From Candidatus Dormiibacterota bacterium (GTDB lineage: Bacteria > Chloroflexota > Dormibacteria > Aeolococcales > Aeolococcaceae), in NCBI GenBank assembly GCA_963709585.1, contig CAVPXI010000014.1:256001-320000 (forward strand): 64,000 bases of DNA, written 5' to 3'. This document shows positions 9,041 through 20,109 of this stretch, one piece after another. Position numbers and translations under genes: made by a program. Under the pieces are notes generated by a model. It was not told where the DNA came from and made no database searches. It was given only the letters and a program-made list of their open reading frames with translations. Every line of letters begins with the position of its first letter. The stretch's first letter is position 1.

Positions 9041-10168
9041 ATGAGCATCACCTCGTTTCGCATCATCGACAGCACGCTCCGCGAGGGCGAGCAGTTCGCG
9101 CTCGCTCATTTCACGGTTGAACAGAAGCTCGCCATCGCGAGCGCACTGGACCGATTCGGCGTCGATTACATGGAGCTCACCTCGCCGGTGGCGTCACCGC
9201 AATCGGAGTCGGATCTTCGCCGCCTGGCACGGACCGAACGGCATTTTCGCTTGCTCACCCACGTTCGGTGCAGCCTCGACGACGCGAGGCTCGCCGTCGA
9301 TACCGGTGTTGACGGCGTCGACGTGCTCATCGCAACGTCGTCGCGGCTCCGTCCCGTCTCGCACGGCATGAGCATCGCCGAGATCATCGACGTCGGGACC
9401 GCCGTGGTCGGCGAGATCCGCAGCGCCGGCTGCGAAGCACGCTTCAGCACCGAGGACTCGTTTCGAAGTGACCCCGACGACCTGGTGCGCATCTATCGCG
9501 CGATCGACCGCGCGGGCGTGAACCGGGTCGGCCTCGCCGACACCGTCGGGGTCGCGACGCCGCCGCAGGTCCACGATCTGGTGTCGCTGGTGCGGCGGAA
9601 CGTCGGCTGTGACATCGAGTTCCATGCTCACGACGACACCGGGTGCGCGGTGGCCAACGCGCTCGCGGCACTCGAGGCCGGGGCGACGCACATCGACACC
9701 ACCATCCTCGGTATCGGGGAGCGCAATGGCATCGTCCCGCTCTCGGCGATGATGGCCCGGCTGGTGACCATCCAGCCCGAGCTGGTCGAGCACTACCGGC
9801 TCGAGATGCTGCCCGAGCTCGACGCGATGCTTGCGGAAATGCTCGGCGTCGCCGTCCCCTTCAACGCCGCGGTCACCGCCCCGACCGCGTTCCACCACAA
9901 GGCGGGGATGCACACCAAGGCGGTGCTCCTCGATCCCGGTGCCTACGAGGTGCTCGATCCCGCCCAGTTTGGACGCGAACGCAGCATTCTCGCCGGCCAC
10001 CGCCTCGCCGGCCGCCACGCGATCGGCGATCGCGCCTCAACGCTCGGCGTCCGCCTCGACGACGCCCGTCTGCGAAGCCTCACCGCCGAGGTGAAGCGTC
10101 GCGGCGACGACGGGCCCCTCGACGTCGCGGCCCTCGACGCGTTGATCGTCAGCTGGGAACAGGCGTAG
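9041..10168 (+). CDS. hcs: Homocitrate synthase (Thermus/fungal type)
   Basis: IIDSTLREGEQF, FSTEDSFRS, ADTVG, EFHAHDDTGCA, GIGERNG, HKAGMH; first gene of the LysW cluster. Confidence 0.93.
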   Translation: MSITSFRIIDSTLREGEQFALAHFTVEQKLAIASALDRFGVDYMELTSPVASPQSESDLRRLARTERHFRLLTHVRCSLDDARLAVDTGVDGVDVLIATSSRLRPVSHGMSIAEIIDVGTAVVGEIRSAGCEARFSTEDSFRSDPDDLVRIYRAIDRAGVNRVGLADTVGVATPPQVHDLVSLVRRNVGCDIEFHAHDDTGCAVANALAALEAGATHIDTTILGIGERNGIVPLSAMMARLVTIQPELVEHYRLEMLPELDAMLAEMLGVAVPFNAAVTAPTAFHHKAGMHTKAVLLDPGAYEVLDPAQFGRERSILAGHRLAGRHAIGDRASTLGVRLDDARLRSLTAEVKRRGDDGPLDVAALDALIVSWEQA

Positions 10169-10177
10169 GAGATCGAT

Positions 10178-11416
10178 ATGGGAACCATCACCGAGGAACT
10201 GTTCAGCCGCCGCCTGGAGCGCCCGGTGCACGCGGGGGACACGGTCATCGCCGAGGTCGACGTCGCGATGGCGCACGACGTCACCGGCCCGCTCGCCATC
10301 GAGGCGTTCAGGAGCCTCGATCTGCCGCTCTGGGACGCGAGCCGCATCGTCTTCAACTTCGACCACGTCATGCCCGCCAACACGGTTGCGGCGGCGGAGC
10401 TGCACCGCGTCATCCGCGAGTTCTGCGTCGAGCACGCGATCACCAATCTCTTCGCCGAGGGCATCTGCCACCAGGTGATGGTCGATCGGCGCCTCGCCCA
10501 GCCTGGTGGCATCGTGGTCGGGGCCGACTCGCACAGCACGACCTACGGCGGCCTCGGGTGCTTCGCGACCGGCCTCGGGTCCACCGACATCGGCGTGGTC
10601 TTCGCTACGGGCAAGACCTGGTTCCGGATCCCGGAAACAGTTCGGATCGATGTGCGTGGCGCGCTCCCTCGCGGCGTGTACGCCAAGGACCTGGCGCTCC
10701 ATGTGATCGCGCAGATGGGCGCCGATGGCGCCGACTACTGCGCGGTGGAATGGGGCGGCGAGGCGGTGGCGGCGATGAGCGTCGACGAGCGCCTGACGCT
10801 CTGCAACCTGAGCACCGACTTCGGCGCCAAGACCGGGATCGTGGAACCCGACGCGGTCACGTTCGCACACTCCGGCGGCGAGCCGGTGGACCTGCATCCG
10901 GTCCGACCCGAATACATGCGTACGCTGGTCGTCGACGCCGAGCGCCTGCGGCCGCAGGTCGCGGTGCACCCGAGCATCGACAACGTCCACAACATCGACG
11001 ACGTTGCCGGGACTCCGCTCGACGAGGTGTTCATCGGCAGTTGCACAAACGGCCGGCTCAGCGACCTCGCCATCGCGGCCGCGATCCTCGCGGGGCACAC
11101 TGTACATCCGAACACGCGGACGATCGTGGTACCCGCGTCGCGCGGCGTGTACCTGGAGGCGCTCGGCGCCGGTTACATCGAGACCTTCGCGCGCGCCGGT
11201 GCGCTGGTGCTCAACCCCGGGTGCGGCCCCTGCCTGGGACGGCAGCACGGCGTGGTCGGTCCCGGCGAGCGCGTGCTCTCGACCAGCAACCGCAACTACC
11301 CGGGCCGCATGGGCAGCCCGGACGCGCAGATCTTCCTGGCCTCGCCTGCGGTCGCCGCCGCATCCGCATTGGCGGGTGCGATCACCGATCCCGCCACCCT
11401 GGAGCTCGTCTCGTGA
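10178..11416 (+). CDS. lysT: Homoaconitase large subunit
   Basis: GICHQV, GADSHSTTYG, FIGSCTNGR, PGCGPCLG, STSNRNYPGRMG; operon context. Confidence 0.88.
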   Translation: MGTITEELFSRRLERPVHAGDTVIAEVDVAMAHDVTGPLAIEAFRSLDLPLWDASRIVFNFDHVMPANTVAAAELHRVIREFCVEHAITNLFAEGICHQVMVDRRLAQPGGIVVGADSHSTTYGGLGCFATGLGSTDIGVVFATGKTWFRIPETVRIDVRGALPRGVYAKDLALHVIAQMGADGADYCAVEWGGEAVAAMSVDERLTLCNLSTDFGAKTGIVEPDAVTFAHSGGEPVDLHPVRPEYMRTLVVDAERLRPQVAVHPSIDNVHNIDDVAGTPLDEVFIGSCTNGRLSDLAIAAAILAGHTVHPNTRTIVVPASRGVYLEALGAGYIETFARAGALVLNPGCGPCLGRQHGVVGPGERVLSTSNRNYPGRMGSPDAQIFLASPAVAAASALAGAITDPATLELVS

Positions 11417-11922
11417 GCGGCCGCGTGTTCCTCCTCGGCGACGGAGTCAGCACCGACGCGATCATGCCGGGGCGCTACAACGTCACCACGGATCCCGACG
11501 CACTGCGGCGCAGCTGCCTGATCGAGGCCCGGCCAGACTTCGTCGAGACCGTGCAGCCCGGTGACGTCATCGTCGCCGGGCGCAACTTCGGCTGCGGCAG
11601 CTCCCGCGAGCACGCGCCGCTGTCCATCAAGCGCAACGGCATCGCGGCGGTGATCGCCGCCAGCTTCGCCCGCATCTTCTACCGCAACGCGGTGAACATC
11701 GGCCTGCCGGTGATCCGCTGCGCGGACGCGCACCGTGTCCTCCACGACGGGGACGAGGTCACAGTCGATGCGCTCAGCGGGACGATCGTTGCTTCGACGC
11801 TGACGCTGCACGGCGAGCCGCCGTCGGGCGTCGCCCTGCGCATCATCGAAGCCGGCTCGCTCGTGGACCTGATCCGGCGGGGCGGCTGGGCTGCCCTCGA
11901 GGAGGTGCGCCATGTGTCCTGA
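11413..11922 (+). CDS. lysU: Homoaconitase small subunit
   Basis: [37 protein letters not shown]; GTG start overlaps the previous stop. Confidence 0.88.
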   Translation: MSGRVFLLGDGVSTDAIMPGRYNVTTDPDALRRSCLIEARPDFVETVQPGDVIVAGRNFGCGSSREHAPLSIKRNGIAAVIAASFARIFYRNAVNIGLPVIRCADAHRVLHDGDEVTVDALSGTIVASTLTLHGEPPSGVALRIIEAGSLVDLIRRGGWAALEEVRHVS

Positions 11923-12070
11923 GTGCGACGCGCAGGTCGCGGTCGACGCGAGCGTCGAACGCGGTGAGGTCGTGACCTGCCCGGAGTGCAATGCCGAGCT
12001 CGAGGTGGTTGGGCTCGATCCTGCTCGCTTCGTGCTCGCTCCTCCGGAAGAAGTCGACTGGGGTGAGTGA
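11912..12070 (+). CDS. lysW: Amino-group carrier protein LysW (52 aa)
   Basis: Manual translation [52 protein letters not shown]: two CPEC zinc-ribbon motifs, C-terminal DWGE, GGAGGT RBS. Not in the ORF track. Confidence 0.95.
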   Translation: MCPECDAQVAVDASVERGEVVTCPECNAELEVVGLDPARFVLAPPEEVDWGE

Positions 12071-12074
12071 TCGC

Positions 12075-12935
12075 ATGCTCATCGGCATGCTCTGCTCGCG
12101 CGTCCGCGTCGAGGAGAAGTTGTTGCGCGACGCGCTCGTGCACCGCGGGATCGACGTCGAGATCGTCGACGACCGGGAGCTGACCTTCACGCTGGCGCAA
12201 CCCGTGCGGCGTTGGGACGCCGTGCTCGAACGGAGCATCTCGCAGACGCGCGGGCTCGCCGTGACCCGAGTTCTCGACTCGTGGGGAGTGCCAACCGTAA
12301 ACCGTCATGCGGTGGCCGCCACCTGCGCGAGCAAGCTCGACACGTCGGTAGCGCTCGAGGTGGCGGGTGTTCCCACGCCGGCCACCGCGGTTGCGTTCTC
12401 ACCCGAGGCCGCACTTCGCGCGTGCGAGGAGCTGGGCTTCCCGGTGGTGCTCAAGCCGGTCACCGGCTCGTGGGGCAGGTTGCTCGCGAAGATCAACGAC
12501 CGCGACGCCGCCGAGGCGCTGTTCGAGCACAAGGCGCTGCTCGGCGGGCCCGAGCACTCGGTCTTCTACCTGCAACGACACGTCGACAAGCCGGGTCGTG
12601 ACATCCGCGCGTTCGTGGTGGGCGACGAGGTCGTCTGCGCGATCTACCGGGAGTCCGAGCACTGGGTCACCAATACGGCGCGCGGCGCCAGGACGCGCGA
12701 CTGCCCTGTCGACGCGACCCTGCGCCGGCTGTCGCTGAGCGCGGCGGCTGCGGTCGGCGGCGGGGTCCTGGCGATCGATCTGCTCGAGGATCGCGACCGG
12801 CTGCTGGTCAGCGAGGTCAACGCGACCATGGAGTTCAAGAACTCGATCGACGTGACCGGCGTCGACATTCCCGGACGTGTCGCCGACCACGTCCGCGAGG
12901 TCGCTCGCGGCGCGAAGGTTGCGGTGGGAGGCTGA
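12075..12935 (+). CDS. lysX: LysW-alpha-aminoadipate ligase (RimK/ATP-grasp)
   Basis: [48 protein letters not shown]. Confidence 0.94.
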   Translation: MLIGMLCSRVRVEEKLLRDALVHRGIDVEIVDDRELTFTLAQPVRRWDAVLERSISQTRGLAVTRVLDSWGVPTVNRHAVAATCASKLDTSVALEVAGVPTPATAVAFSPEAALRACEELGFPVVLKPVTGSWGRLLAKINDRDAAEALFEHKALLGGPEHSVFYLQRHVDKPGRDIRAFVVGDEVVCAIYRESEHWVTNTARGARTRDCPVDATLRRLSLSAAAAVGGGVLAIDLLEDRDRLLVSEVNATMEFKNSIDVTGVDIPGRVADHVREVARGAKVAVGG

Positions 12936-12936
12936 G

Positions 12937-14004
12937 GTGGCGCTGGGTATAGACGTTGCGACGCACACGAGAATCGAGGTCGCCGAGCTGCTCACCGCGA
13001 TGCTTTCGGTGCCCAGTCCGAGCGGCGAGGAAGACGCGGTGGCGTCGCTGCTGGTCTCGCGGCTGCTGCGCGCCGGCTTCGATGTCGACGTCGATGCCGC
13101 CGGCAACGTGGTGGCCGGATGGGGCGAGGGCGCGGAGACGATCGCGCTCGTCGGGCACATCGACACCGTCCCCGGTCACATCGGCGTCCGCCGCGACGGC
13201 GATCTCCTCCACGGGCGAGGCGCCGTCGACGCCAAGGGTCCGCTCGCGGCGGCGATCGCCGCGGTCAGCCGGCAGCCCCGCGACGGCGGGCGACGCTACG
13301 TGATCGTCGGTGCCGTCGAGGAGGAGACGACATCACGGGGAGCGCGCCACCTGGCGGCGTCGATCCCGGCTCCATCCGCACTGGTGATTCTCGAGCCGAG
13401 TGGCTGGGACGCGGTGACCATCGGATACAAGGGGAGCCTGCGGCTGCGCGCGAGCGTCGACCAGCCACACGCCCACGGCGCGGGTCGCGAGCCGAGCGCG
13501 CCCGACCGCTGTGTCGCCCTGGTTCGAGCGCTCCAGGATCGCGCCGGGCAGTCCGGTGGCGACGCGGGTGTCTTCGACCGGGTGGACGTCCGAGTGCTGG
13601 GGTTCGAACTCGGGGAGCGATGGCTTGACCGATCGGGCGAGCGTGGATCTTGGTGTTCGGACTCCCCGGGGTGCGAAGTGGACGCGCTGATCGAGGTCGC
13701 GCGATCCTCGGCGCCCACCGCCACACTGACCGTTCTCGGCCGCGAACCGGGGGTGCGCACCGACCGGCGCAGCCGGCTTGCCCGCGGCTTCGTCAGCGCC
13801 ATCCGCACGCGGGGCGGGACACCGCGATTCAAGCTCAAGACCGGGACGTCCGACCTCAACATCCTCGGTCCCGCGTGGGGGTGCCAGGCGGTGGCGTACG
13901 GACCCGGCGACTCGCAGCTCGATCACACACCGCGCGAGCACGTCTCGATCGCGGAGCTCGAGCGGGCGGTTTCGGTGCTCGAACTCGCCCTGGGCGCCGG
14001 ATGA
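12937..14004 (+). CDS. lysK: LysW-gamma-lysine carboxypeptidase (M20 family)
   Basis: SPSGEE, GHIDTVPG, GRGAVDAKGP, VEEE, KTGTSDLN, YGPGDSQLDHTP. A compensating indel pair at about 13607 and 13665 garbles about 20 aa. Confidence 0.92.
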   Translation: MALGIDVATHTRIEVAELLTAMLSVPSPSGEEDAVASLLVSRLLRAGFDVDVDAAGNVVAGWGEGAETIALVGHIDTVPGHIGVRRDGDLLHGRGAVDAKGPLAAAIAAVSRQPRDGGRRYVIVGAVEEETTSRGARHLAASIPAPSALVILEPSGWDAVTIGYKGSLRLRASVDQPHAHGAGREPSAPDRCVALVRALQDRAGQSGGDAGVFDRVDVRVLGFELGERWLDRSGERGSWCSDSPGCEVDALIEVARSSAPTATLTVLGREPGVRTDRRSRLARGFVSAIRTRGGTPRFKLKTGTSDLNILGPAWGCQAVAYGPGDSQLDHTPREHVSIAELERAVSVLELALGAG

Positions 14005-15036
14005 TCCGCGCGGCGGTGGTGGGAGGCGCCGGGTACGCGGGCGGTGAGGTGTTGCGCCTGCTCGCCGGCCACCCTGAGGTCGAGGTCGTCCAGGTCACCT
14101 CCGAGCGTCTCGCCGGAAAGCCCGTTGCCTCCCTCCATCCGCCGTTGCGGGGCCGCACCGAGCTGCGCTTCTCGACACGCGACACGCTCGGTGATTCAGA
14201 CGTCGTGTTCGCGGCCATGAGTCACAGCGAGTTCGAGCGCGGCGATCGATCAACTCCGCGCCGCAGCGCCGGTCGTGATCGACTTGGGCGCCGACTTCCG
14301 GTTGCGCGACGCGGGGGACTACCCACGCTGGTACGGCTGGACTCACCCGTCGCCGGAGCTGCTCGCCACCGCCGTGTACGGCCTCGTCGAGATGCACCGC
14401 CCGGAGATCGCGTCGGCGTCGCTCATCGCCGCCGGAGGGTGTCTCGCGACCGCGTCGATTCTCGGCCTCGCCCCGCTCGCCTGCGCCGGGCTGCTCGACC
14501 CCGCCATCCCGGTGGTCGTGGAAGCCAAGGTCGGCTCCTCCGCCGGCGGATCACAGGCGGGAGACGCGACCCACCACGCGCACCGAAGTGGCGAGATCCG
14601 CTCCTACGCGCCCACGGGCCACCGCCACACCGCGGAGATCGTGCAGGAACTCCACCTCGGCTCTGTGGCGTTCTCCGCGACCGCCGTCGAGGCGGTTCGG
14701 GGCGTGCTCGTCACCGCCCACGCGTTCATCAACGCCGACCTCGACGATCGCGAGCTCTGGCGCGTCTATCGATCTCGATACGGCTCCGAGCCGTTCGTGC
14801 GCATCGTCAAGTCGCGCACCGGTCTGCACCGCTCTCCTTCCCCGAAGCTGCTCAGCGGGACCAATTACTGCGACGTCGGCTTCGAGCGCGACCCGCATTC
14901 GCGCCGCGTGGTCGTCACCGCCGCCCTCGACAACCTGGTCAAGGGATCAGCCGGTCAGGCGGTGCAGGCGTGCAACGTCCGCCACGGCTTCCCCGAGACG
15001 CTCGGGCTCGAGTTCGGCGGCCTGTACCCGATCTGA
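14001..15036 (+). CDS. lysY: LysW-gamma-aminoadipyl-phosphate reductase (ArgC-like), frameshifted near 14232
   Basis: N-terminal GGAGYAGGEVLRLLAGHP in one frame; IDLGADFRL, GCLAT and DNLVKGSAGQAVQ in another. Deleting one T at 14229-14234 joins them. Confidence 0.92.
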
Positions 15037-15827
15037 TGATCGTCGTGAAGATCGGCGGGAGTGTTCGCCGGCTCGACCCGCTCCTCGAGGACATCGCGAC
15101 CACCACCGAGCAGACGGTCGTGGTGCACGGCGCCAGCCGGGAGCTCGACGACCTCTCCACCCGGCTCGGCAGCCCGCCCCGGATGGTCGAATCGGAGCGC
15201 GGGGACGTGAGCAGGTTCACCGACGCGACGACCATGGACCACTTCCTCATGGCATATGCGGGACGGGCGAACAAGCGGATCGTCGAGCGGCTCCGGCAGC
15301 TCGGCGTCAACGCCTTCGGCCTGTGCGGTCTCGACGGCGCTGTGGTGCGGGGGACGCGCCGGCCCACCCTGCGGATTCGGGAGAACGGCCGGACCAGGGT
15401 GCTCCACGGCAACCATGTGGGGCGCATCGATGCCGTCGACGCGGTGCTGCTGGGCAGGCTGCTCGCAGGCGGGGTCACCCCGGTGATCTGCCCGCCGATC
15501 GCCTCGGAGGATGGAACCGCGATCAATGTCGACGGGGACCGGCTCGCCGCCGAGATCGCGGTCGCGCTCGGCGCGACTCTGCTCATCATCTTCGCCGATA
15601 CGCCGGGACTCCTCCGCGACCCCGCCGACGAGACGAGCCTCATCGGACGGCTCTCGCCCCGCGAGGCGGAACACTTGATTCCGTCCATCGGAGGCAGGGC
15701 GCGGGTCAAGCTGCGCGCCAGTGCCGAGGCGCGGCTTCGCGGCGTCGGCGCCGTCTGCGTCGCGGACGGGCGCGTGCCGCGACCGTTGTTCAGCGCCTTC
15801 TCCGGAGCCGGAACCTGGGTGCGTTAG
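15036..15827 (+). CDS. lysZ: LysW-gamma-aminoadipate kinase (ArgB-like)
   Basis: MIVVKIGG, VVVHGAS, SRFTD, NKRIVE, NVDGDR; TGATG overlap with lysY. Confidence 0.92.
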   Translation: MIVVKIGGSVRRLDPLLEDIATTTEQTVVVHGASRELDDLSTRLGSPPRMVESERGDVSRFTDATTMDHFLMAYAGRANKRIVERLRQLGVNAFGLCGLDGAVVRGTRRPTLRIRENGRTRVLHGNHVGRIDAVDAVLLGRLLAGGVTPVICPPIASEDGTAINVDGDRLAAEIAVALGATLLIIFADTPGLLRDPADETSLIGRLSPREAEHLIPSIGGRARVKLRASAEARLRGVGAVCVADGRVPRPLFSAFSGAGTWVR

Positions 15828-15858
15828 GGACCCGTCGGCTACGCTGACCGCCACGTCC

Positions 15859-16652
15859 ATGGTGCAGCGTTCTTTTTTTGGGACATCGACCACGATCGCC
15901 TTCGCCCATCGCGGGGGCGGCGGCGAGGCCCCGGAGAACACGCTGCCCGCGTTCGAGGCCGCCGTCGCCATGGGGTACCGATACCTGGAGACCGACGTCC
16001 AGGTGACCAGTGACGGCGTGCTCCTCGTGTTCCACGACAGCAGCCTCGAACGCCTGACCGATCGCGTGGGGAGGGTCTGCGAGCTCTCCCTCGACGAGGT
16101 TCGCGAGGCCGACGCCGGGTACGCATTCACTCCCGACGGAGGCCTGACCTACCCCCATCGCGGCACCGGGATCGTGATCCCGACGCTAGAGGAGCTGCTC
16201 TCTCGCTGGGACGACGTCTACCTCAACATCGATGCCAAGGCGGATGACACAGTCGCTCCGCTGGTCGCGCTCGTCAAGCGCATGGATGCGTTCAATCGCG
16301 TGTGCATCGGGTCGTTCTCCGATCGACGGGTCGCGCGCATCCGGGCGCTCGCGGACGGACGGATCTGCTCGTCGATGGGACAGGTGGCGACGGTGATGGC
16401 GTACGCCGCATCGAGGACGGGCAGGATGCCCCGGTTCCACGCCGACTGCCTCCAGGTGCCGCCGCGCTGGAGCAGGTTTCGAATCGACAGGCGGTTCGTG
16501 AACGCGGCGCACCACGCCGGGCTCCCGGTCCATCTGTGGACCGTTGACGACGAGACCGAGATGGAGTTCTCCTCGACATCGGTGTCGACGGCATCATGAC
16601 CGACCGTCCTCGGATCCTTAAACAGGTCCTGGAAGCGCGGGGTCTGTGGTGA
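15859..16652 (+). CDS. Glycerophosphodiester phosphodiesterase, frameshifted near 16568
   Basis: AHRGG, PENTL, ETDV, HD, WTVDD. The conserved C-terminus LLDIGVDGIMTDRP...GLW* is in a shifted frame ending at 16652. Confidence 0.88.
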
Positions 16653-16679
16653 TCGCGGCAGCGCGCTATCGTGAAGCGG

Positions 16680-18479
16680 ATGCTGCCCTCTGATTCCGGG
16701 GTGCGGTACATCCCGGCTGGCGATGACGCCGACTGGTACCAGCCGGACGAGCATCTGCGCTGGCTGACCCGCCGGACCGTCGGCGAGACCGCGTGGCCGG
16801 TCGTCGAGGGGGCGCTCCGCGAGCTCGGCACGCTGGTGCCACGGGTAATCGAGCCACTGGCCCGTGCCGCGGACCGGCACCCGCCGGTGCTGCGCTCGTA
16901 CAACGGTCGCGGGGAGCGCGTCGACGAGATCGAATTCCATCCGGCGTACAAGCAGCTCGAATCGACGGTCCTGGGCTTCGGCGCGGTGCGCGCCGCCTAC
17001 GCGCCCGGATGGCGCGGGCTCCCCGGACGCGCGCCGCGAAGCCTGGTCACCGCGATGCTCTATCTCCTGCTCGAGTCCGACCAGGCGGTCACCGGCTGTC
17101 CCATCGGGATGATGGACGCCGCCGCTCGCTGCCTCGAACGCAACGACCCGTCCCTGGCCGCACGCTTTGTTCCCGGCATCATCGACGACGCCGGCAGGCA
17201 CCTCACGGTCGCGATGTTCCTCACCGAGAAGGCCGGCGGATCGGATGTGGGCGCGAACGAGAGCGTAGCCGCTCCCGCGGGCGATGGCACCTGGCGCCTC
17301 TCCGGCGAGAAATGGTTCGCGAGCTGCGCGCACAGCGATCTGATCCTGGTGCTCGCCCGACCGGTGGGCGCCGCCCCCGGACCGCGAGGGCTCGGCCTCT
17401 TCCTGATGCCACGTCTGCTCGAGGACGGAACACGCAACACCTTCATCATCCACCGCCTCAAGGAGAAGTTCGGCACCCACGCGATGGCGTCGGCCGAGGT
17501 CGGCCTGCGCGACTTGTTCGCGTGGCAGGTGGGTGCCCTCGAGCGTGGCCTGCCCCAGATGATGGACATGGTCAACGCGACCCGGATCGGTATCGCCACC
17601 GCCACCGCCGGCGCCATGCGGCGCAGCGCGTTCGAGGCGTTGACACACACGCGGGGGCGATCGACGTTCGGGCGGCGGCTCGATCTCCACCCCTTGATGC
17701 GCGACACGCTCGCGGAGCTCGTGGTGGACTCGGTCGCAGGCCTCAGCGCCGCGATGGGCGTCGCAGACCTCTCCGATCGCGCGGACTCCGGCGACCGCGA
17801 AGCCGGCGACGCCCTGCGACTCCTCACCCCACTCTTCAAGATGCACGGCACCGAGCGCGCCCGAGTCTGCGCCACCGAGGGCATGGAGGTTCGCGGCGGC
17901 AACGGGTTCATCGAGGACTGGCCCGACGCGCGGCTGCTGCGTGATGTCTACGTGCACGCGATCTGGGAGGGATCGGGCAACGTGATCGCGCTCGACGTGC
18001 AGCGCGCCATCGAGCACGGCGCGCTGCCCGGCTTCCTGGGCGACAGCGAGCGCCGGGCCGAGGGGGTCTCGAGCGGCGGAGCTGTCGCGCCCCTGGGTGG
18101 AGTGCTCATCGACACGCTCCAGCGCCTCGAGATCCAGCTGCGGGCGTTGAACGGCATCGACGATCCGGACGCGAGACAGCTGCCGCTGCGTCGCATCGCG
18201 CGACGCATGGCCACAATCGCGATCGGTGCGCGGCTTGCCGAGCAGGCCAACCAGTTCGCGGCCGACACCGGCAGCGGACGCCTCGGCTGGATCGCGGCCC
18301 GCTATCTCTGCCGGCTCGGCGGCGAGCCCTCACTCACGCGGTTCGCCGATGACGCCTCGTGGCTGCCCCATGCTGACGCGTTGCTCCACGGCGGCGAGGT
18401 CCCGGTGGACGTGGCGACGGCGGCGGCGCGACGCACCGCGGCGGCCCTCGGGGCGCCAGGCGCCCTGGTCTCCGTCTAA
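16680..18479 (+). CDS. Acyl-CoA dehydrogenase (AidB-like)
   Basis: MFLTEKAGGSDVG, GEKWF, RLKEKFGT, GGNGFIEDW, IWEGSGNV. ATG lies 7 nt after TATCGT. Confidence 0.88.
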   Translation: MLPSDSGVRYIPAGDDADWYQPDEHLRWLTRRTVGETAWPVVEGALRELGTLVPRVIEPLARAADRHPPVLRSYNGRGERVDEIEFHPAYKQLESTVLGFGAVRAAYAPGWRGLPGRAPRSLVTAMLYLLLESDQAVTGCPIGMMDAAARCLERNDPSLAARFVPGIIDDAGRHLTVAMFLTEKAGGSDVGANESVAAPAGDGTWRLSGEKWFASCAHSDLILVLARPVGAAPGPRGLGLFLMPRLLEDGTRNTFIIHRLKEKFGTHAMASAEVGLRDLFAWQVGALERGLPQMMDMVNATRIGIATATAGAMRRSAFEALTHTRGRSTFGRRLDLHPLMRDTLAELVVDSVAGLSAAMGVADLSDRADSGDREAGDALRLLTPLFKMHGTERARVCATEGMEVRGGNGFIEDWPDARLLRDVYVHAIWEGSGNVIALDVQRAIEHGALPGFLGDSERRAEGVSSGGAVAPLGGVLIDTLQRLEIQLRALNGIDDPDARQLPLRRIARRMATIAIGARLAEQANQFAADTGSGRLGWIAARYLCRLGGEPSLTRFADDASWLPHADALLHGGEVPVDVATAAARRTAAALGAPGALVSV

Positions 18480-19141
18480 GCCCCGACCACCAGGGCGAAG
18501 GCGAATCCGTCCCAGCCCTTGACCCCGACCGTCTGGATCACCGCCGGGGCGATCCGGCGATCGGCCCCCATCTGCTCGATGAGGCGGCGCATGCCCTCGG
18601 CATCTGGATCGTCGCTGCCGGTGTCGATCAGCTTCCCCTGGCGCACCACGTTGTCCACGACGATGAGGCTGCCGGGATGCGAGAGGTCGACGGCCGCGCT
18701 GAAGTACGCGGGCGTGTTGCGTTTGTCGGCGTCGATGAAGACGAGATCGAAGGGCTCGCCACGATCGGCTCGCAACGCCGCGAGGCTGTCGAGCGCCGCG
18801 CCGACCCGCACCTCGACCTTGCCGTCCAGCCCGGCGCGGGCGATGTTGCCGCGCGCGACCTCGGCGTGGTGCTCGTCGAGCTCGAGGCTGATCAGCCGGC
18901 CGTCGTCGGGCAGCGCGCGCCCCATCCAGATGGCGCTGTACCCGCCGAGCGTGCCGATCTCGAGAATCCGGCGGGCGTGGATCGCGCGCGCCAGCACGTT
19001 GAGAAACTGCCCCTGGGCGGGGGACACAGCGATGTTCGGGAGACTGGCGCTGTCCCTGATCGCCGCCTCGAGCACCGGGTCGGCGGGTTGGAGCTCGCCG
19101 GTGGTGTACGCGTCGACGGCGTCCCAGCGATCGTCATTCAT
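18476..19141 (-). CDS. SAM-dependent O-methyltransferase
   Basis: RILEIGTLGGYS, FDLVFIDADK, VDNVV, KGWDGF. Confidence 0.92.
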   Translation of the reverse strand: MNDDRWDAVDAYTTGELQPADPVLEAAIRDSASLPNIAVSPAQGQFLNVLARAIHARRILEIGTLGGYSAIWMGRALPDDGRLISLELDEHHAEVARGNIARAGLDGKVEVRVGAALDSLAALRADRGEPFDLVFIDADKRNTPAYFSAAVDLSHPGSLIVVDNVVRQGKLIDTGSDDPDAEGMRRLIEQMGADRRIAPAVIQTVGVKGWDGFAFALVVGA

Positions 19142-19151
19142 TGACCGCAGT

Positions 19152-19923
19152 CTACCGACGCCGGGCCACCCACACCTCCTCCGACGGCCAGCGCCTCGCC
19201 CAGTCCAGGGTCACATGCGGGTAGCGCGTGGTCGCGGTGCTCGAGGGGCGGAGCTCGATCAGGGCCTCGATGTCGAAACCCGAGCCGCGGAGGAGACGGA
19301 TCCAGTCGCCGTGGTTGAGATGGAATTCGACGCTCTCGTCGTCGGGCCACTCGAATCGATGCATCCCGAAGTAGTCGCGCCGGAGTTCGGTGCCCGCGGG
19401 TCCGTCGGCGTCGGAATCGGTCATGGTGAGCATCAGCAAAGCACCATTGCCGAGGAAGATCAGCCGGCCTCCAGGACGGAGCAGCCGGGCGGCCTCGGGG
19501 ATCCAGCGGTACGGGTCGCACCAGATCGCCGCGCCGTACTCGCTGATCGCCAGGTCGAATGTGGCATCGGCGAGCGGGACCGCCTCGGCGCTGGCGTGGA
19601 TCAGCGGGAAGTGAAGCTCGGTGCTCATCCTGGAGTGCACGGGCGGTGGCGAGCTGGTTCTCGGACAGGTCGATCCCGACCGGCCTCGCGCCGCGGCGCG
19701 TGAGCCATGCCGACACGTAGGCGGTGCCGCACCCCAGCTCGATGGTGTCGAGGCCGGCGACGTCGGGGAGGATGCGCGCGTCGCTCTCCGGTATGCCCCA
19801 GATACCCCAGGAGGGCTGCCCAGCGGCCCAGTTTCGGCGCCCCGGCTCGGCGTACTTGGCCGCCGACATGTTCCAGGAGGCGCGATTGCGGGCGATGTGA
19901 TCGCCGCTCTCGTCTGCAGTCAT
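19152..19923 (-). CDS. Class I SAM-dependent methyltransferase, frameshifted near 19620
   Basis: ELGCGTAY and GIDLSENQL in one frame; FDLAISEYGA and ARLLRPGG in another. Confidence 0.85.
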
Positions 19924-19946
19924 CGCCGGCGACTGTAACCGGGAAT

Positions 19947-20024
19947 TGGGGTGGCCAGCGGGATTCGAACCCGCGACCTCCAGGGCCACAACCTGGCACT
20001 CTAACCAGCTGAGCTATGGCCACC
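19947..20024 (-). tRNA. tRNA-His (GUG)
   Basis: Encoded G-1, acceptor stem GTGGCCA/TGGCCAC, anticodon loop TTGTGGC, GGTTCGAATCC T-arm, encoded CCA; TATAAT upstream (20057-20052). Confidence 0.97.
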
Positions 20025-20109
20025 ATAAGTCTCCGCAGAGGAGGCTCGGCGATTATATGGCGCGGTGACCGGCGTTCCGGACGAATCAGCGCAGGTACAC
20101 TCGCCGCGC

